Shown piece by piece: positions 1-10,127 of a stretch of 64,000 nt of DNA; within the stretch, counting starts at the first letter, position 1; each line of letters opens with the position of its first letter. Source of the DNA: Planctomycetota bacterium. GTDB lineage: Bacteria > Planctomycetota > PLA2 > JAEUHO01. The stretch is taken from assembly GCA_050248855.1 (NCBI GenBank), contig JBFWRP010000002.1, positions 160,001 through 224,000 of the forward strand, read 5' to 3'. The position numbers and the translations under genes are program-made. A model generated the notes under the pieces. It was not told the origin of the DNA, did no database searches, and saw nothing but the letters and a program-made list of their open reading frames with translations.

Positions 1-2
1 AC

Positions 3-1916
3 GCAACGGTCTGCGTCTGGGATGCCCAGACGGGCAAGCGGCTGCATCGCCTGTACGGGCACGACGCCGATGTCGTGGATCTCGCCTTCGCCTCCGGGAA
101 CGAGCGCCTCGTGACCTTGGCCGAGGATCGCACGCTCCGCTTCTGGGACTTGGGCACCGGAGCGATGCTTTGCCGCCTCGTGGCAGGCGATGTCCCGCCC
201 GCGGGCGCACAGCGCGTCGAGCGCGGCGCCCGGCAGGCGTGGTGCGTGGTCGACACCCACGGCCGCCATGACGCAAGCCTGCCGACGGCCCTGCCGTTCC
301 TGGGGTGGACGGACGGGACGAGAACCTGGGCGTTTGACGAAGTGTTCGAGGAGCGACGCTCTCCGGGGCTGCTGGGAGCACTGGTCTTCGGCGCAGCGCA
401 TCCGCTCCGCGCCCTCGGCGACCTGCCGATCCCTGCGTTGCCGCCCAAGGTCCATGCGGAGATGCCCGACCCGCAGCGGCCCGTCGTGAAGGTCGAGGTC
501 GAGAACCGCGGGGGCGGCATCGGCGCGGTGGGCGTCAAGCTGAACGGGCGCGAGGTAGTCAAGGACGCACGCGATACGACGGTGTCGTCCAGCGCGCCGC
601 GCGAGGACCTCGCGGTGGACCTGTCGAACGCGCCCAACCTGCTCCCCGGCGAGGCCAACGTCGTGGAGGTCAGCGCGTTCGATGCCAAGGGCACGGCCCG
701 GGCGCGCGGACCGGCCGTCACGTTCCAGGCGCCGGGCATCAAGCTCGATGCGCCGGAGCTCTGGGTCCTGACCTGCGGCGTCAGCGACTACGCAGGCGAG
801 GCCCTGGACCTCGTGTTCCCCGCGAAGGACGCCCACGCCATGGCGGACGCGCTCCAGCTGGCGGGCACCGGCCACTTCACGGCACCGCGCACACACGTGC
901 AGCGGCTCGCTTCGCCGGCGGGCGAGGACGTCCTGCCGGCCACGCGCGCGGCGCTCGTGGAGGCGCTCCAGCGGATCGCCGCGTCGGCCAAGGCCAACGA
1001 CACCTTCGTGCTGTACCTCGCCGGCCACGGTGTGGCCGAGCGCGGCGACGGTGCGTACCGGTACCTGTTGGCGGAGGCGGCCGATGCGACTTCCGAAGAG
1101 GGTACGTTCAGCGATGCCGATCTCGTGGCGGCCCTGGCCCGGATCCCGTGCAACCACCGGGCCGTGATCCTCGATACCTGCGCATCCGGCGGCGTGGTGC
1201 AGGCCTTGGATGCGCTCCGCGCGCCGGGGGGTGCCGTGGACCGGCTGCGCGAGCGCGAGGGCGTGTTCGTGCTGGCCGGGTGCGCCGCGGATCGCCTCGC
1301 CTACGAGTCGAGCATCTACGGCCAGGGCCTCCTGACGTACGCGCTGCTCGCGGGCATGAACTGTGGCTGCCACTTCAAGGACGACGTCTACGTCGACGTC
1401 GCGCGCCTGATCGACTACGCCTGCGAGCAGGTGCCGCGCCTCTCGCACGCGATGGGCTTCGGGCCCACGCAGCTGCAGCTGCCCGTGAAGGCGGACGGGG
1501 ATCCGTCGTTTCCGTTGGGGCGCCTCACACCGGCGGAGCGCGAGCAGATCCACGTCGTCCGCCCCCTGCCGGCGTTCATCCGGTCGTCCTTCCAGCGCAT
1601 CCGTCCCCCGCGGGACACGCACGGGCTGGAGTCGGCCGTGGACGCGGCCGTCCGTCGGCTGTCCACGAAGGGCGGGGGGCGCCCCCCGGCCGTGCACGTA
1701 GAGACGGACCAGATGGGCGGCGCGTGGCAGATCGCGGGCACGTACTCGCTGGAGGGCGGGGAGGCGCACGTGAAGGCCTCGCTCTTGCGCGTCGAGCTGC
1801 TCGACGCCGAAGTCGTCGCCGAGCTCGAGCTCACGGGTCCCGCGGGGACCCCCGAGCAGGTGGCGGCCCTCGCCGACGCGATCGTGGCGAGGGCCGTGGC
1901 GAGCCTGCCGAAGTAG
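3..1916 (+). CDS. WD40-repeat and caspase-like (peptidase C14) protein, 5' truncated by the window edge
   Basis: Frame open from base 3 (TVCVWDAQTGKRLHRLYGHDADV...RTLRFWD = WD40 repeats). Caspase-like His-Cys dyad in YLAGHGV and ILDTCASG. Confidence 0.85.
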   Translation, partial: ATVCVWDAQTGKRLHRLYGHDADVVDLAFASGNERLVTLAEDRTLRFWDLGTGAMLCRLVAGDVPPAGAQRVERGARQAWCVVDTHGRHDASLPTALPFLGWTDGTRTWAFDEVFEERRSPGLLGALVFGAAHPLRALGDLPIPALPPKVHAEMPDPQRPVVKVEVENRGGGIGAVGVKLNGREVVKDARDTTVSSSAPREDLAVDLSNAPNLLPGEANVVEVSAFDAKGTARARGPAVTFQAPGIKLDAPELWVLTCGVSDYAGEALDLVFPAKDAHAMADALQLAGTGHFTAPRTHVQRLASPAGEDVLPATRAALVEALQRIAASAKANDTFVLYLAGHGVAERGDGAYRYLLAEAADATSEEGTFSDADLVAALARIPCNHRAVILDTCASGGVVQALDALRAPGGAVDRLREREGVFVLAGCAADRLAYESSIYGQGLLTYALLAGMNCGCHFKDDVYVDVARLIDYACEQVPRLSHAMGFGPTQLQLPVKADGDPSFPLGRLTPAEREQIHVVRPLPAFIRSSFQRIRPPRDTHGLESAVDAAVRRLSTKGGGRPPAVHVETDQMGGAWQIAGTYSLEGGEAHVKASLLRVELLDAEVVAELELTGPAGTPEQVAALADAIVARAVASLPK

Positions 1917-1934
1917 GCGTGCGTCGGGCGGCCG

Positions 1935-2831
1935 TCAGGGCAGCGTGAGGTCCTGCGTGGTGGTGGCGCCCGTCGTGACCACGACGGCTGACGCCGCAAG
2001 CGTCTTCGTCTCGGCACCCTGCGCGCGCACGTAGAGGTCGTACTCGCCCGCCTCGAGCAGCAGCGCGTAGCTGCCCTCCACCAGCCCGTCCATGCCCGCG
2101 GGCGAGGAGAGCGTGGCGGCGACGGGCTCCGTGTCGGCCTCGACCGCCGTGCCTGCCGGGAACGCGCACACCTCGACGTCGGCGGCGGGGGCGGCCGAGC
2201 CGTCGAGGACCATGCCTTGGAGCAGGCCCACGGTGCTGTTGTTCAGGACGCGGACCACGGGGTGGAAGATCACGCCGCCTTCACCGGCTTCGAGCTCGGC
2301 GCAGGTAGGCTCGCCGCCAAGGCCCGTCGTGTGGAACGAGCGGGCGAGGTCCACGTCGAGCGTGAGATCGACCTCCTGACCGGAGGCCACGAGGATCGGC
2401 GGATCGACCTTGATCTTGAGGCCGCTCGCCATGCCCGACGGCACCTTGAAGGTGCGGTCCGGTGCGCCGCTACCGAACTGGAGCACTGCCTCGACGATGT
2501 GCAGGCGGATCTCGTCGTAGCTGCCCGTGGCGATCTCGGCGCCGGCCAGCGCGTCGGACAAACCGTTGCGCAGCTGGAGCAGGTCGATGGTCATCTCGGT
2601 CACGCCGCCAGCGAGAACCAGGTCGGTCCAGCCGCCATCGGATGCCGAGCGCACGCGGACGCCGTCGATCGTGACGAGCGCCGCCGCGACGCAGCCTTCC
2701 GTCGCGGGGAAGGGGGCGTCCGTGATGGACACCTTGAGCGAGCCGGTACCGGCGCCGCCACCCCCGCCGCAGGCGGGCAGGAGGAGGCAGGCGGCGGCGA
2801 CAAGCGCCAGAGCGAAGGGATGGAAGCGCAT
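1935..2831 (-). CDS. DUF4382-like lipoprotein
   Basis: Lipobox-like LPAC followed by a Gly linker. LKVSITDAP, IDLLQL, YDEIRL, KVPSG and LDVDLARS motifs typical of DUF4382. Confidence 0.75.
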   Translation of the reverse strand: MRFHPFALALVAAACLLLPACGGGGGAGTGSLKVSITDAPFPATEGCVAAALVTIDGVRVRSASDGGWTDLVLAGGVTEMTIDLLQLRNGLSDALAGAEIATGSYDEIRLHIVEAVLQFGSGAPDRTFKVPSGMASGLKIKVDPPILVASGQEVDLTLDVDLARSFHTTGLGGEPTCAELEAGEGGVIFHPVVRVLNNSTVGLLQGMVLDGSAAPAADVEVCAFPAGTAVEADTEPVAATLSSPAGMDGLVEGSYALLLEAGEYDLYVRAQGAETKTLAASAVVVTTGATTTQDLTLP

Positions 2832-2995
2832 GGGGAACTCCGTGCCCCCCCAGGCACTCGCGGGTGGGGGCCGCCCGACCGGGTGAGGTCGGTACAGCCC
2901 CGGACTGGCAGCCTAGCCCCCCGTGGCGGGTTGGCCAGCGACTCGCATCTCTAGCCGCCAAAGCCCTGCCATCGGGGCAGGCGAGGCGGCGGACG

Positions 2996-4063
2996 CTACT
3001 CGTCGAGGCCCAGCGAGCGTGCGTCGGGGATCGGCGGCCCCTCGTCCTTGGCGGCGGGGACGACCGGCTCTGGCATGGTCTCGGTCGGGAGGCTCGTCGC
3101 GGGCAGGCTGCCCGACGGAGGCGAGCCCAGACCGTCATCGCCCGCCGGGGCCGGGAACGTGGTGGCGGGCGTGCCCGCGTCGACGCAGCCGGAGCAGAAC
3201 GGGCCCGACGGGTCGACGAGCTCGGGGCGAGCCTTGACCGGCACCTCGATCCAGAGGCTGCCGTCGTCGGTGGGCTGCATGCTGGCCATCCCATCGACCG
3301 GCTGCGCGGGCGTGCCCGGGATGTCGACGGTCGCTGCGAGCCCCAGGCCGCCGGCTTCCAGCGCCCGAAGGCGGTGGCGCGAGGGCTGGTGGTAGGGAGC
3401 GAGGCCCGCGGCTAAGCGGTACTGCTCGATGGCCGAACCGGCGTCGCCGTCCTCCTCGGCCAAGAGGCCGCGGTTGTACGCGATGCGCCAGCCAGGGCTC
3501 CCAAGACGCTCGGCGGCATCGAGCGACGTGCGCGCCTGGGCCGTATCCCCTGCCAAGAACCATGCCGCCGCTTGCGCCTCGCGCAAGCCCGCGTGGTCGG
3601 GGCGCAGCTGGATCTGCTCCTCGAGCATATGCAAGGCATAGGCAGAATTGCCGTCGTCCAGCGCGATACGGCTGCGGATCACCGCGGCATCGGGGTGCGA
3701 GCCCGCGATGTGCAGTACGTGGTCGAAGTGCTGCGACGCGCGGGCCGGGTCGTCGAACTCGTAGGCCAGGAGGCCCGCCATGAAGCGGGCGGGGATGTGG
3801 CTGGGGTAGAGGAAGGACATCTCCTCGGCCTGCTTGCGCAGCGTGGCGCGCGAGACGCGGTCCTTGCCCTTGGCGCCCATGCGGTACTGCTCGTACCGGG
3901 CGCCCTCGGGCGTCATGGCGTACATGTCCTCGAGCCGGCCCATGGCCTTGTCGGGATCGAGGTTGCGCGGGCCCTTCGGGGAGCTGGCGCACGCGCCGAG
4001 CCCCAGGCTGCCCACGACGAGGGTGGCTGCGGCCACGATGCCGCCACGAGTCGTCCGTCGCAT
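2996..4063 (-). CDS. TPR lipoprotein, TadD-like pilotin candidate, with a Pro-rich tail
   Basis: Lipobox LGAC, TPR-like helices (YNRGLLAE...A...Y), last gene of the tad run. Start taken at MRRTTRGG. Confidence 0.65.
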   Translation of the reverse strand: MRRTTRGGIVAAATLVVGSLGLGACASSPKGPRNLDPDKAMGRLEDMYAMTPEGARYEQYRMGAKGKDRVSRATLRKQAEEMSFLYPSHIPARFMAGLLAYEFDDPARASQHFDHVLHIAGSHPDAAVIRSRIALDDGNSAYALHMLEEQIQLRPDHAGLREAQAAAWFLAGDTAQARTSLDAAERLGSPGWRIAYNRGLLAEEDGDAGSAIEQYRLAAGLAPYHQPSRHRLRALEAGGLGLAATVDIPGTPAQPVDGMASMQPTDDGSLWIEVPVKARPELVDPSGPFCSGCVDAGTPATTFPAPAGDDGLGSPPSGSLPATSLPTETMPEPVVPAAKDEGPPIPDARSLGLDE

Positions 4064-4177
4064 GTCCGGTCCTCCCACCCCCTGCCAGGGGCGCCTACCA
4101 CTCTACTCCCGCGACCTTGCGGGACCAGCCCACCCCGCGCCCAGGAGGGGAGGGCCGCGATGCGTCTCTTCAGGCCA

Positions 4178-5134
4178 TCAGGGGGCCAAGCCCCCGGCCC
4201 CACCCGTCGCGCCCCTGAGCACGCCCTCGATCATCTGCAGGAACTGGTAGAAGGCCGGTCCCAGCGTCCAGACGAAGATGCCCGGCAGGAAGCAGAGGAC
4301 CAGCGGGATCACCAGCTTCACGGGCAGTGCCTGGGCCGTGATCAGGGCCTGCTCGCGTCGGCGGCTCTGGACGTCGGCCGTCTGGTGGGCCAGCACCTCG
4401 CTGATGCCGCCGCCGACCTGTTCGGCGTGGATCATCGCGGAGCAGAAGATCGAGATCGACGGCAGGTCGATCCGCCTGCTCAAATGGCGCCAGCAGTCGG
4501 CGCGCGGCACGCCCGCGAGGTTCTCGCGGCGGAACTGCTGCAGCTCCTGGGGCAGCGGCCGCGTCTCGTCGCTCGAGTCCAGCACGCGGATCATGGCCGC
4601 GTCCAGCCCCAAGCCCGCCTGGGCCATCGTGGACAGCAGCTGCAACGTGATCGGCAGGTCTTCCTCGATCTCGCGCACCCGGCGCCGACGGGCCGAGCGA
4701 ACGACGATCCAGGGGATGGACGCGATGATGATCGCGAGCACCCACGGAATCGCGTACAGCACCGGGTCCATGATCACGCCAAAGTCGCCAGGCAGGTCGT
4801 AGAGCGTGGTCCGGGCATCGTGCAGCAGGGCGGAGCTGCGCAAGGTGAGTGCGACGAGCAAGCCCGTGGCCAGGGCGATCACGGCCGCGACCAGGAAGAC
4901 GGACGTGGCCCCCGGTCGCCGGAAGCCGGCCACGAACAACCAGCGGTGCAGCCAGGAGGCGTCGCGATCGGGGAGGTGGCCCATCAGCTCGAACGAAGCG
5001 CTGCCTTCGGCACGCAGGCGCCCGCGAGCACGGGCGCCGCGTTGGGCGTAGACGAAGGCGATGATGACGGCCGCCACCAGGGCGATCCACGCCACGATGA
5101 CGAACGGCGTCGAAAGGGCTGCGAGGGTCAGCAT
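4178..5134 (-). CDS. tadC: Flp pilus inner-membrane platform protein TadC (T2SS F family)
   Basis: IEEDLPITLQLL...AGLGLDAA; KLVIPLVLCFLPGIF; adjacent to tadB. Confidence 0.85.
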   Translation of the reverse strand: MLTLAALSTPFVIVAWIALVAAVIIAFVYAQRGARARGRLRAEGSASFELMGHLPDRDASWLHRWLFVAGFRRPGATSVFLVAAVIALATGLLVALTLRSSALLHDARTTLYDLPGDFGVIMDPVLYAIPWVLAIIIASIPWIVVRSARRRRVREIEEDLPITLQLLSTMAQAGLGLDAAMIRVLDSSDETRPLPQELQQFRRENLAGVPRADCWRHLSRRIDLPSISIFCSAMIHAEQVGGGISEVLAHQTADVQSRRREQALITAQALPVKLVIPLVLCFLPGIFVWTLGPAFYQFLQMIEGVLRGATGGAGGLAP

Positions 5135-5135
5135 C

Positions 5136-5990
5136 TCAGTACCGCACCCGCGACATGCGAGCGATCCAAACCGCTCCCAACGCCTGGAGGATGATCGCGG
5201 CCGATGCGAGGGCCTCGCCGATCCGCGTGCCCAGGAAGCCGGTCACGCGCGGCGGGTCGATGCTGTACATCAAGCCCGCCAGGAAGTAGGTGAGGCCCAG
5301 GATGGCCAGCACCGAGAAGCGCGCCTCGGTGCTCTGGGCGCGGATGCGGCGGCCCAGCTCCACACGGTCGCGGATGAACCGCCCGGTCGTCGCCAGCGTG
5401 GGCGCGAGGCTGCCGCCGCCCTCCCACTGCACGCCCATGGCGTAGAAGAACAGACGGAACGACTCGAGCGGCAAGCTCTCGGCCATCTCCCGGCACAACG
5501 TGGGAGGGTCTTCGCCCAGCTGGAGCCGCAGCAGGAACTGCGCGAGGTAAGGCTTGAGGGGCTTGCGCGAGTCGCGCTCCGCGCTGGCCAAGGCGTCGAT
5601 CACGCCGATGCCCGCGTGGAGCGACGTGACCATGTGGTCGATGGCTTCCGCCAGCTGCTGTTCGATCTTCAGTGTTCGCGCGCCCACGATGGCGCCGCGA
5701 ATCAGCTGCCCTACGACCCAGAAGAGGAAACCGATCGCAATCGCGAAGGTGGGTCCCAGGGGGACGAACGCACTCGCAAGCGCGTAAGCTGCGAGCCCCA
5801 AGATCCACGGCAGGAGCGTCTCGAACGGGCGCTCCAAGCCGCGTTGGCGCAGGATCCGGTCGCCTTCCTGGGCGACCAGCGTGGGGATGCGGCTGACCGC
5901 CGCGTCGTGGCGGGACTGACGGAGCCACCACCACGCGGCGGCCGCGGCGCCGCCGAGCAGCAGCAGCGCGCCAAGCAGGCTGCTAGGCAT
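5136..5990 (-). CDS. tadB: Flp pilus inner-membrane platform protein TadB
   Basis: EQQLAEAIDHMVTSLHAG, GGSLAPTL, AQSTEARFS; follows the ATPase. Confidence 0.85.
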   Translation of the reverse strand: MPSSLLGALLLLGGAAAAAWWWLRQSRHDAAVSRIPTLVAQEGDRILRQRGLERPFETLLPWILGLAAYALASAFVPLGPTFAIAIGFLFWVVGQLIRGAIVGARTLKIEQQLAEAIDHMVTSLHAGIGVIDALASAERDSRKPLKPYLAQFLLRLQLGEDPPTLCREMAESLPLESFRLFFYAMGVQWEGGGSLAPTLATTGRFIRDRVELGRRIRAQSTEARFSVLAILGLTYFLAGLMYSIDPPRVTGFLGTRIGEALASAAIILQALGAVWIARMSRVRY

Positions 5991-7404
5991 GGCGGCCGGC
6001 GCCCTCCATGAAGAGCTGCGGAGGCATCGTCTCGCCCCGCTCGCGCAAGGTCTCCGCGACGCGCGGCATGACGCCCGTGGGCTTGAAGCGCCCCTTCACG
6101 CGCCGACCCTCGCGGCCTTCGCGCTTGAACTCGAAGATGGCGTTGAGCAGCGGGGTGTTGCCCTCCAGGCCGGCGATCTCGGCGATGCTCTCCACGCGAC
6201 GCACACCGTCCTCGAAGCGACGCACGTGCACGACGATCTGCAGCGCGTTGACCACCTGCTCGCGGATGGCGCGCGAGGGAAGATCCACACCCGACATCAA
6301 CACCATGGTCTCGAGGCGAGCCAGCGCGTCGCGCGGGCTGTTGGCGTGGACGGTGCAGAGGCTGCCGTCGTGGCCGGTGTTCATGGCCTGGAGCATGTCC
6401 AGGGCCTCTCCGCCGCGCACCTCACCCACGATGATGCGGTCCGGTCGCATGCGCAGGGCGTTGATCACGAGGTCGCGCGACGAGATGGCACCGCGGCCCT
6501 CCGTGTTGGGGGGGCGGTTTTCCAGCCGCACGAGGTGGTCTTGGTCGAGGATGAGCTCGGCCGTGTCCTCGATGGTGACGACACGCTCTTCGGGCGGGAT
6601 GGCCTCGGCCAGGGCGCCCAGGAGCGTGGACTTGCCCGCGCCCGTACCACCGGACACCAGGATGTTCTGCCGGCCGCGGACGCATGCGCGCAGGAACGAC
6701 AGCATGTGCTCGGACATCTCCCCGAGTCCGACGAGCTCATCGCTGCGCAGCCGACGGCGGCCGAAGCGGCGAATGCTGATGGTGGGGCCGTCGATGGACA
6801 CGGGCGGGATGGTGGCGTTGACACGGCTGCCGTCGGGAAGGCGGGCATCCAGCATGGGGCTGGAGATGTCGATGCGGCGCCCGACCCACGCCGCGATGCG
6901 TTCGATGACGCGCTGCACGTGCTCGGCGTCCTGGAAGCGGACGTTGGTCTTCTCGAGGCGGCCGAACCGCTCCACGAAGACCTTGTGCGGTCCGACGACC
7001 AAGATGTCGCTCACGGCCGGGTCCGCCATGAGCGGAGCCAGTGGCCCGACGCCCAGCGTCTCGTCGGTGAGGTCGTCCGCCAGACGAGCGCGCTCGCCGT
7101 CGTTCAGCGGCAGGTCCTCGTCGGCCAAGACGCGGTCGACGAACTCGCGCACCAGGCGCGAGACCGTCTCCTTGTCCTCGGCCACGAGGCGGCGGTCGCC
7201 CAGGTCATCGAGCAGGCGGGCCAACAGGTTGGCCTTGACCGTGACGTAGTCGGTGCGGCCCTTGTGGATGTCGGCACTGGTGCCCGTGGGCCCGCCGCCA
7301 CGACGCTTGAGGCGCGAGCCGGGGGCCGAGGCGATCGAGCCGCCCAGGCGCTGCCGCAAGAGCTCGGCGGGATTGCTGCCCTCTTCGCTGCGTTGGCGGC
7401 TCAC
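5983..7404 (-). CDS. cpaF: Flp pilus assembly ATPase TadA/CpaF
   Basis: Walker A GGTGAGKS, TIEDTAEL, ALRMRPDRIIVGEVRG, AMNTGHDGS. Confidence 0.95.
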   Translation of the reverse strand: MSRQRSEEGSNPAELLRQRLGGSIASAPGSRLKRRGGGPTGTSADIHKGRTDYVTVKANLLARLLDDLGDRRLVAEDKETVSRLVREFVDRVLADEDLPLNDGERARLADDLTDETLGVGPLAPLMADPAVSDILVVGPHKVFVERFGRLEKTNVRFQDAEHVQRVIERIAAWVGRRIDISSPMLDARLPDGSRVNATIPPVSIDGPTISIRRFGRRRLRSDELVGLGEMSEHMLSFLRACVRGRQNILVSGGTGAGKSTLLGALAEAIPPEERVVTIEDTAELILDQDHLVRLENRPPNTEGRGAISSRDLVINALRMRPDRIIVGEVRGGEALDMLQAMNTGHDGSLCTVHANSPRDALARLETMVLMSGVDLPSRAIREQVVNALQIVVHVRRFEDGVRRVESIAEIAGLEGNTPLLNAIFEFKREGREGRRVKGRFKPTGVMPRVAETLRERGETMPPQLFMEGAGRHA

Positions 7405-8663
7405 AGGTCGCCTCCGACGGCGCGCAGGCGTCGGGCCGGCGGCGCTTGGTCGCCTTCGTCGTCATCGCCGCCGACGTCGCCACGGCCCGAGGCGGTGGCC
7501 AGGGTGGCCGTTTCGATGTCGTCGACGATGCGGCCGATGCTGCGGCGGAACCGGTTCCACGGGCCGGCCTGCAGCACGTGCGGGCGGCCCATGTTGGTGG
7601 CCATCGGCAGCTTCTTGTCGAACGCGACCTCGTGGCGCACGGCGCGGTTCAGGTGGGCCTCCACGTCGGCGGGAGTGAGCTGCCCGGGGAAGCTCTTTTG
7701 CGCGCGGTTGAGGATGATCCACGTGCGGTCCTCGTCGATGCCCAGCTGCTCCAAGGTCTCGAGGAGGCTCGATGTCCCGTTGAGGATGGGCACGATGACT
7801 TGCGTGACCACGCACACGATGTTGGAGAGATCGAGCACGCTCATGACGACGCCGTCCACGACCGGGAACGTGTCGATGACGACGTACTTGTAGGCGCGAC
7901 GCGCGAGCGCGATCACGCGCGACACCACGCGGTCGTCTACGGCACTCGCAGCGAGCACCGTGGGCGGGGCCGGCAGCACGCGCAGTCCCGACTCGTGGGG
8001 GAGCGCCAGCTGCTGGAGCAGCGTGATGTCCAGACGGTCGAGCTGCTCGGCGGCGTCGGCCATGGACTGCGTCACGTCGAGGTCGAGCATGGAGGCGGCC
8101 ACACCCAGCTGGAGCGACAGGTCGAGCAGGATCACCTCGCCGGGATGGCGGCGGGCCAGCTCGCAGGCGACGTTGACCGAGACGCTGGACTTGCCGACGC
8201 CGCCCTTGTTGCTGACGAAGCTGATCACCTTGCCAAGCGCCCCGCCTCCCCGTCGGGCGTCGCCTCGTTGCAGGCGCGCGATGACGTTGGCGACTTCGCT
8301 GCTGCTGAGCGGGCGGCGCAGGAAGTCCATGACGCGGGCGCGCAGGGCCTCGATGATCAGGCTGCTCTCGGCCTCCGGATCGGCCAAGGTCTCGCGTCGG
8401 TACACCGCCACGACCGCCGCATCGGGCGCCACGGCAGCGATCTCCTCGGCGAAGGCCTTGAGCTCGGCGACGCGGGCGCCCATCTCGACGACCACGATGT
8501 CGGGCTGACGCAGGCGCGCGGTCTCGATGGCCGAACGGGTGTCGCGCTCGTAGGAGACGACGCAGCGCTTGCCCTTGACGCCTTCGAGCGCGATGTCGAA
8601 CTCCTCCTCGAGCGAGGGATCAGGCGCGATCACCAGGAAACGGGTGGCGGTCGTGTCGCTCAC
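7401..8663 (-). CDS. cpaE: Pilus assembly protein CpaE/TadZ (receiver-like domain plus MinD/ParA ATPase)
   Basis: N-terminal receiver-like domain, KGGVGKS deviant Walker A; 4-bp overlap with cpaF. Confidence 0.85.
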   Translation of the reverse strand: MSDTTATRFLVIAPDPSLEEEFDIALEGVKGKRCVVSYERDTRSAIETARLRQPDIVVVEMGARVAELKAFAEEIAAVAPDAAVVAVYRRETLADPEAESSLIIEALRARVMDFLRRPLSSSEVANVIARLQRGDARRGGGALGKVISFVSNKGGVGKSSVSVNVACELARRHPGEVILLDLSLQLGVAASMLDLDVTQSMADAAEQLDRLDITLLQQLALPHESGLRVLPAPPTVLAASAVDDRVVSRVIALARRAYKYVVIDTFPVVDGVVMSVLDLSNIVCVVTQVIVPILNGTSSLLETLEQLGIDEDRTWIILNRAQKSFPGQLTPADVEAHLNRAVRHEVAFDKKLPMATNMGRPHVLQAGPWNRFRRSIGRIVDDIETATLATASGRGDVGGDDDEGDQAPPARRLRAVGGDL

Positions 8664-8678
8664 GGGGTCCTCCGGGGC

Positions 8679-10103
8679 CTAGCGGCCCAAGGCGGCCGCT
8701 TTGGCCGGTTCGTCGATGGTCGCGTTGAGGTCGGCCAGCTGATCGGTCAACCAGCGAGGTAGGTCCGCCAACCCCGGGGCCGCGACGGCCGAGAGGTTGG
8801 TCGGGAAGATCGTGGCGGGCAGCCTGCGCACGAAGAGCAGCACGTGATCCTGCCCATCTTCTTCGTCGTCGTCGCCAACACCCGCATTGATCGTTGCGCG
8901 CACCACTTCGATCGCACCAAAACCCACGATGCGCGGGTCCATGTCGTCCTTGGGCACGTTGTTGACGGGCGGCAGGAAGGGCGGGTTGCTGTTGCCGGGT
9001 CGACCGTCGTAGAAGAGCAGCACGTCACCTTCGTAGAGCGGGACGGTGAACAGGCGCGGCGTGTATCCGGGCAAATGGGGATTGCCGAGGAGGGCGAGCG
9101 CGCGGTCGATGTCCGGTGCCACGTCGACCCAGACGGGGTCTCCGATGGACCACGAGCGGCGTTGGGGGTCGTCGAGGCGATCGGCGAACACGGCATTGGG
9201 CGTAGTCCCGCCTCCTACCAGCTGGCCCGGGGGGATGATCGGCGGCGCACCCCGCGTCGGGTTCGGATTGGGCAGGGGCGGCCCCGGGTTGGGGTTGCCG
9301 CCCCCGCTCGTGTTCGCACCGAACTGGATGACGAACGTGCCGTCGGGCTCCGTGGCAGGAGGACCGTTCCAGTAGTCGAGCTCGAGCGCGATGGGGGCGT
9401 AGCCGGGAATGCCGTACGCGTCGTGCGGCGGTCCGGCCAGCGTGGCGTTGCGGGCCTGGGCGATGGTGGTGGCGCGCACGCTGACGCCCTTCTCGCGCGT
9501 CTCGCCGGCCATCAGGCTGCCGCGGGCGAAGAGGTAGGGAATCACCGGTCCCGTGCTGCTGATGCCCGCCTGCGCGTCCAAGCCCTCGTCGTCGGTGGTC
9601 CGACGGACGCGGACCAAGAACGCCTCGCGGCGGTCGGGATCGGCGACCGTGTCGAAGTCGCTGCGCTGGTACGCGGGGTCCTCGGCGTGGGTGGCGTCGG
9701 CCTCGTCGTACCAACCGGCCACCAGATCGCCGTGGATCTCGTTGGTCTCGTTCAGCTCGAGGTCGGGCTTGTAGACCAAGCCGGGATCCACGACGACCTG
9801 CTTGTTGGCGCCCATGTTCGTGGTGCCACCCTGCAGCGTCACGTACGGCCCGGCGCCGTACTGGTACGCGTCGCCCGCCGTGCTGCCGAAGTCGTCGTCG
9901 AAATGGGCCTGGAGGCGGCGGCGCGCCGCATCGCGGCGCTCGTCGTCGGACAGGGTGTCCTCGAGACGCAGTCCTTCCAGCGCCGCCCCATCGGCGGCGT
10001 TGCTCATCTGGCGCTGTGTGAGGCGCACGAAGCCCAGGTCGGCGATGAGGCCGCCGAAGGCGAAGAACGCGAACAGCAACAGGGCGATGAAGACCTGGAT
10101 CAT
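8679..10103 (-). CDS. tadG: TadG-like pilus tip/pseudopilin protein
   Basis: N-terminal TM then ADLG...QRQMSNAADGAAL, a TadG N-terminal signature. Confidence 0.75.
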   Translation of the reverse strand: MIQVFIALLLFAFFAFGGLIADLGFVRLTQRQMSNAADGAALEGLRLEDTLSDDERRDAARRRLQAHFDDDFGSTAGDAYQYGAGPYVTLQGGTTNMGANKQVVVDPGLVYKPDLELNETNEIHGDLVAGWYDEADATHAEDPAYQRSDFDTVADPDRREAFLVRVRRTTDDEGLDAQAGISSTGPVIPYLFARGSLMAGETREKGVSVRATTIAQARNATLAGPPHDAYGIPGYAPIALELDYWNGPPATEPDGTFVIQFGANTSGGGNPNPGPPLPNPNPTRGAPPIIPPGQLVGGGTTPNAVFADRLDDPQRRSWSIGDPVWVDVAPDIDRALALLGNPHLPGYTPRLFTVPLYEGDVLLFYDGRPGNSNPPFLPPVNNVPKDDMDPRIVGFGAIEVVRATINAGVGDDDEEDGQDHVLLFVRRLPATIFPTNLSAVAAPGLADLPRWLTDQLADLNATIDEPAKAAALGR

Positions 10104-10127
10104 GGGAGCCTCCGGCTCGGCGTCGAG

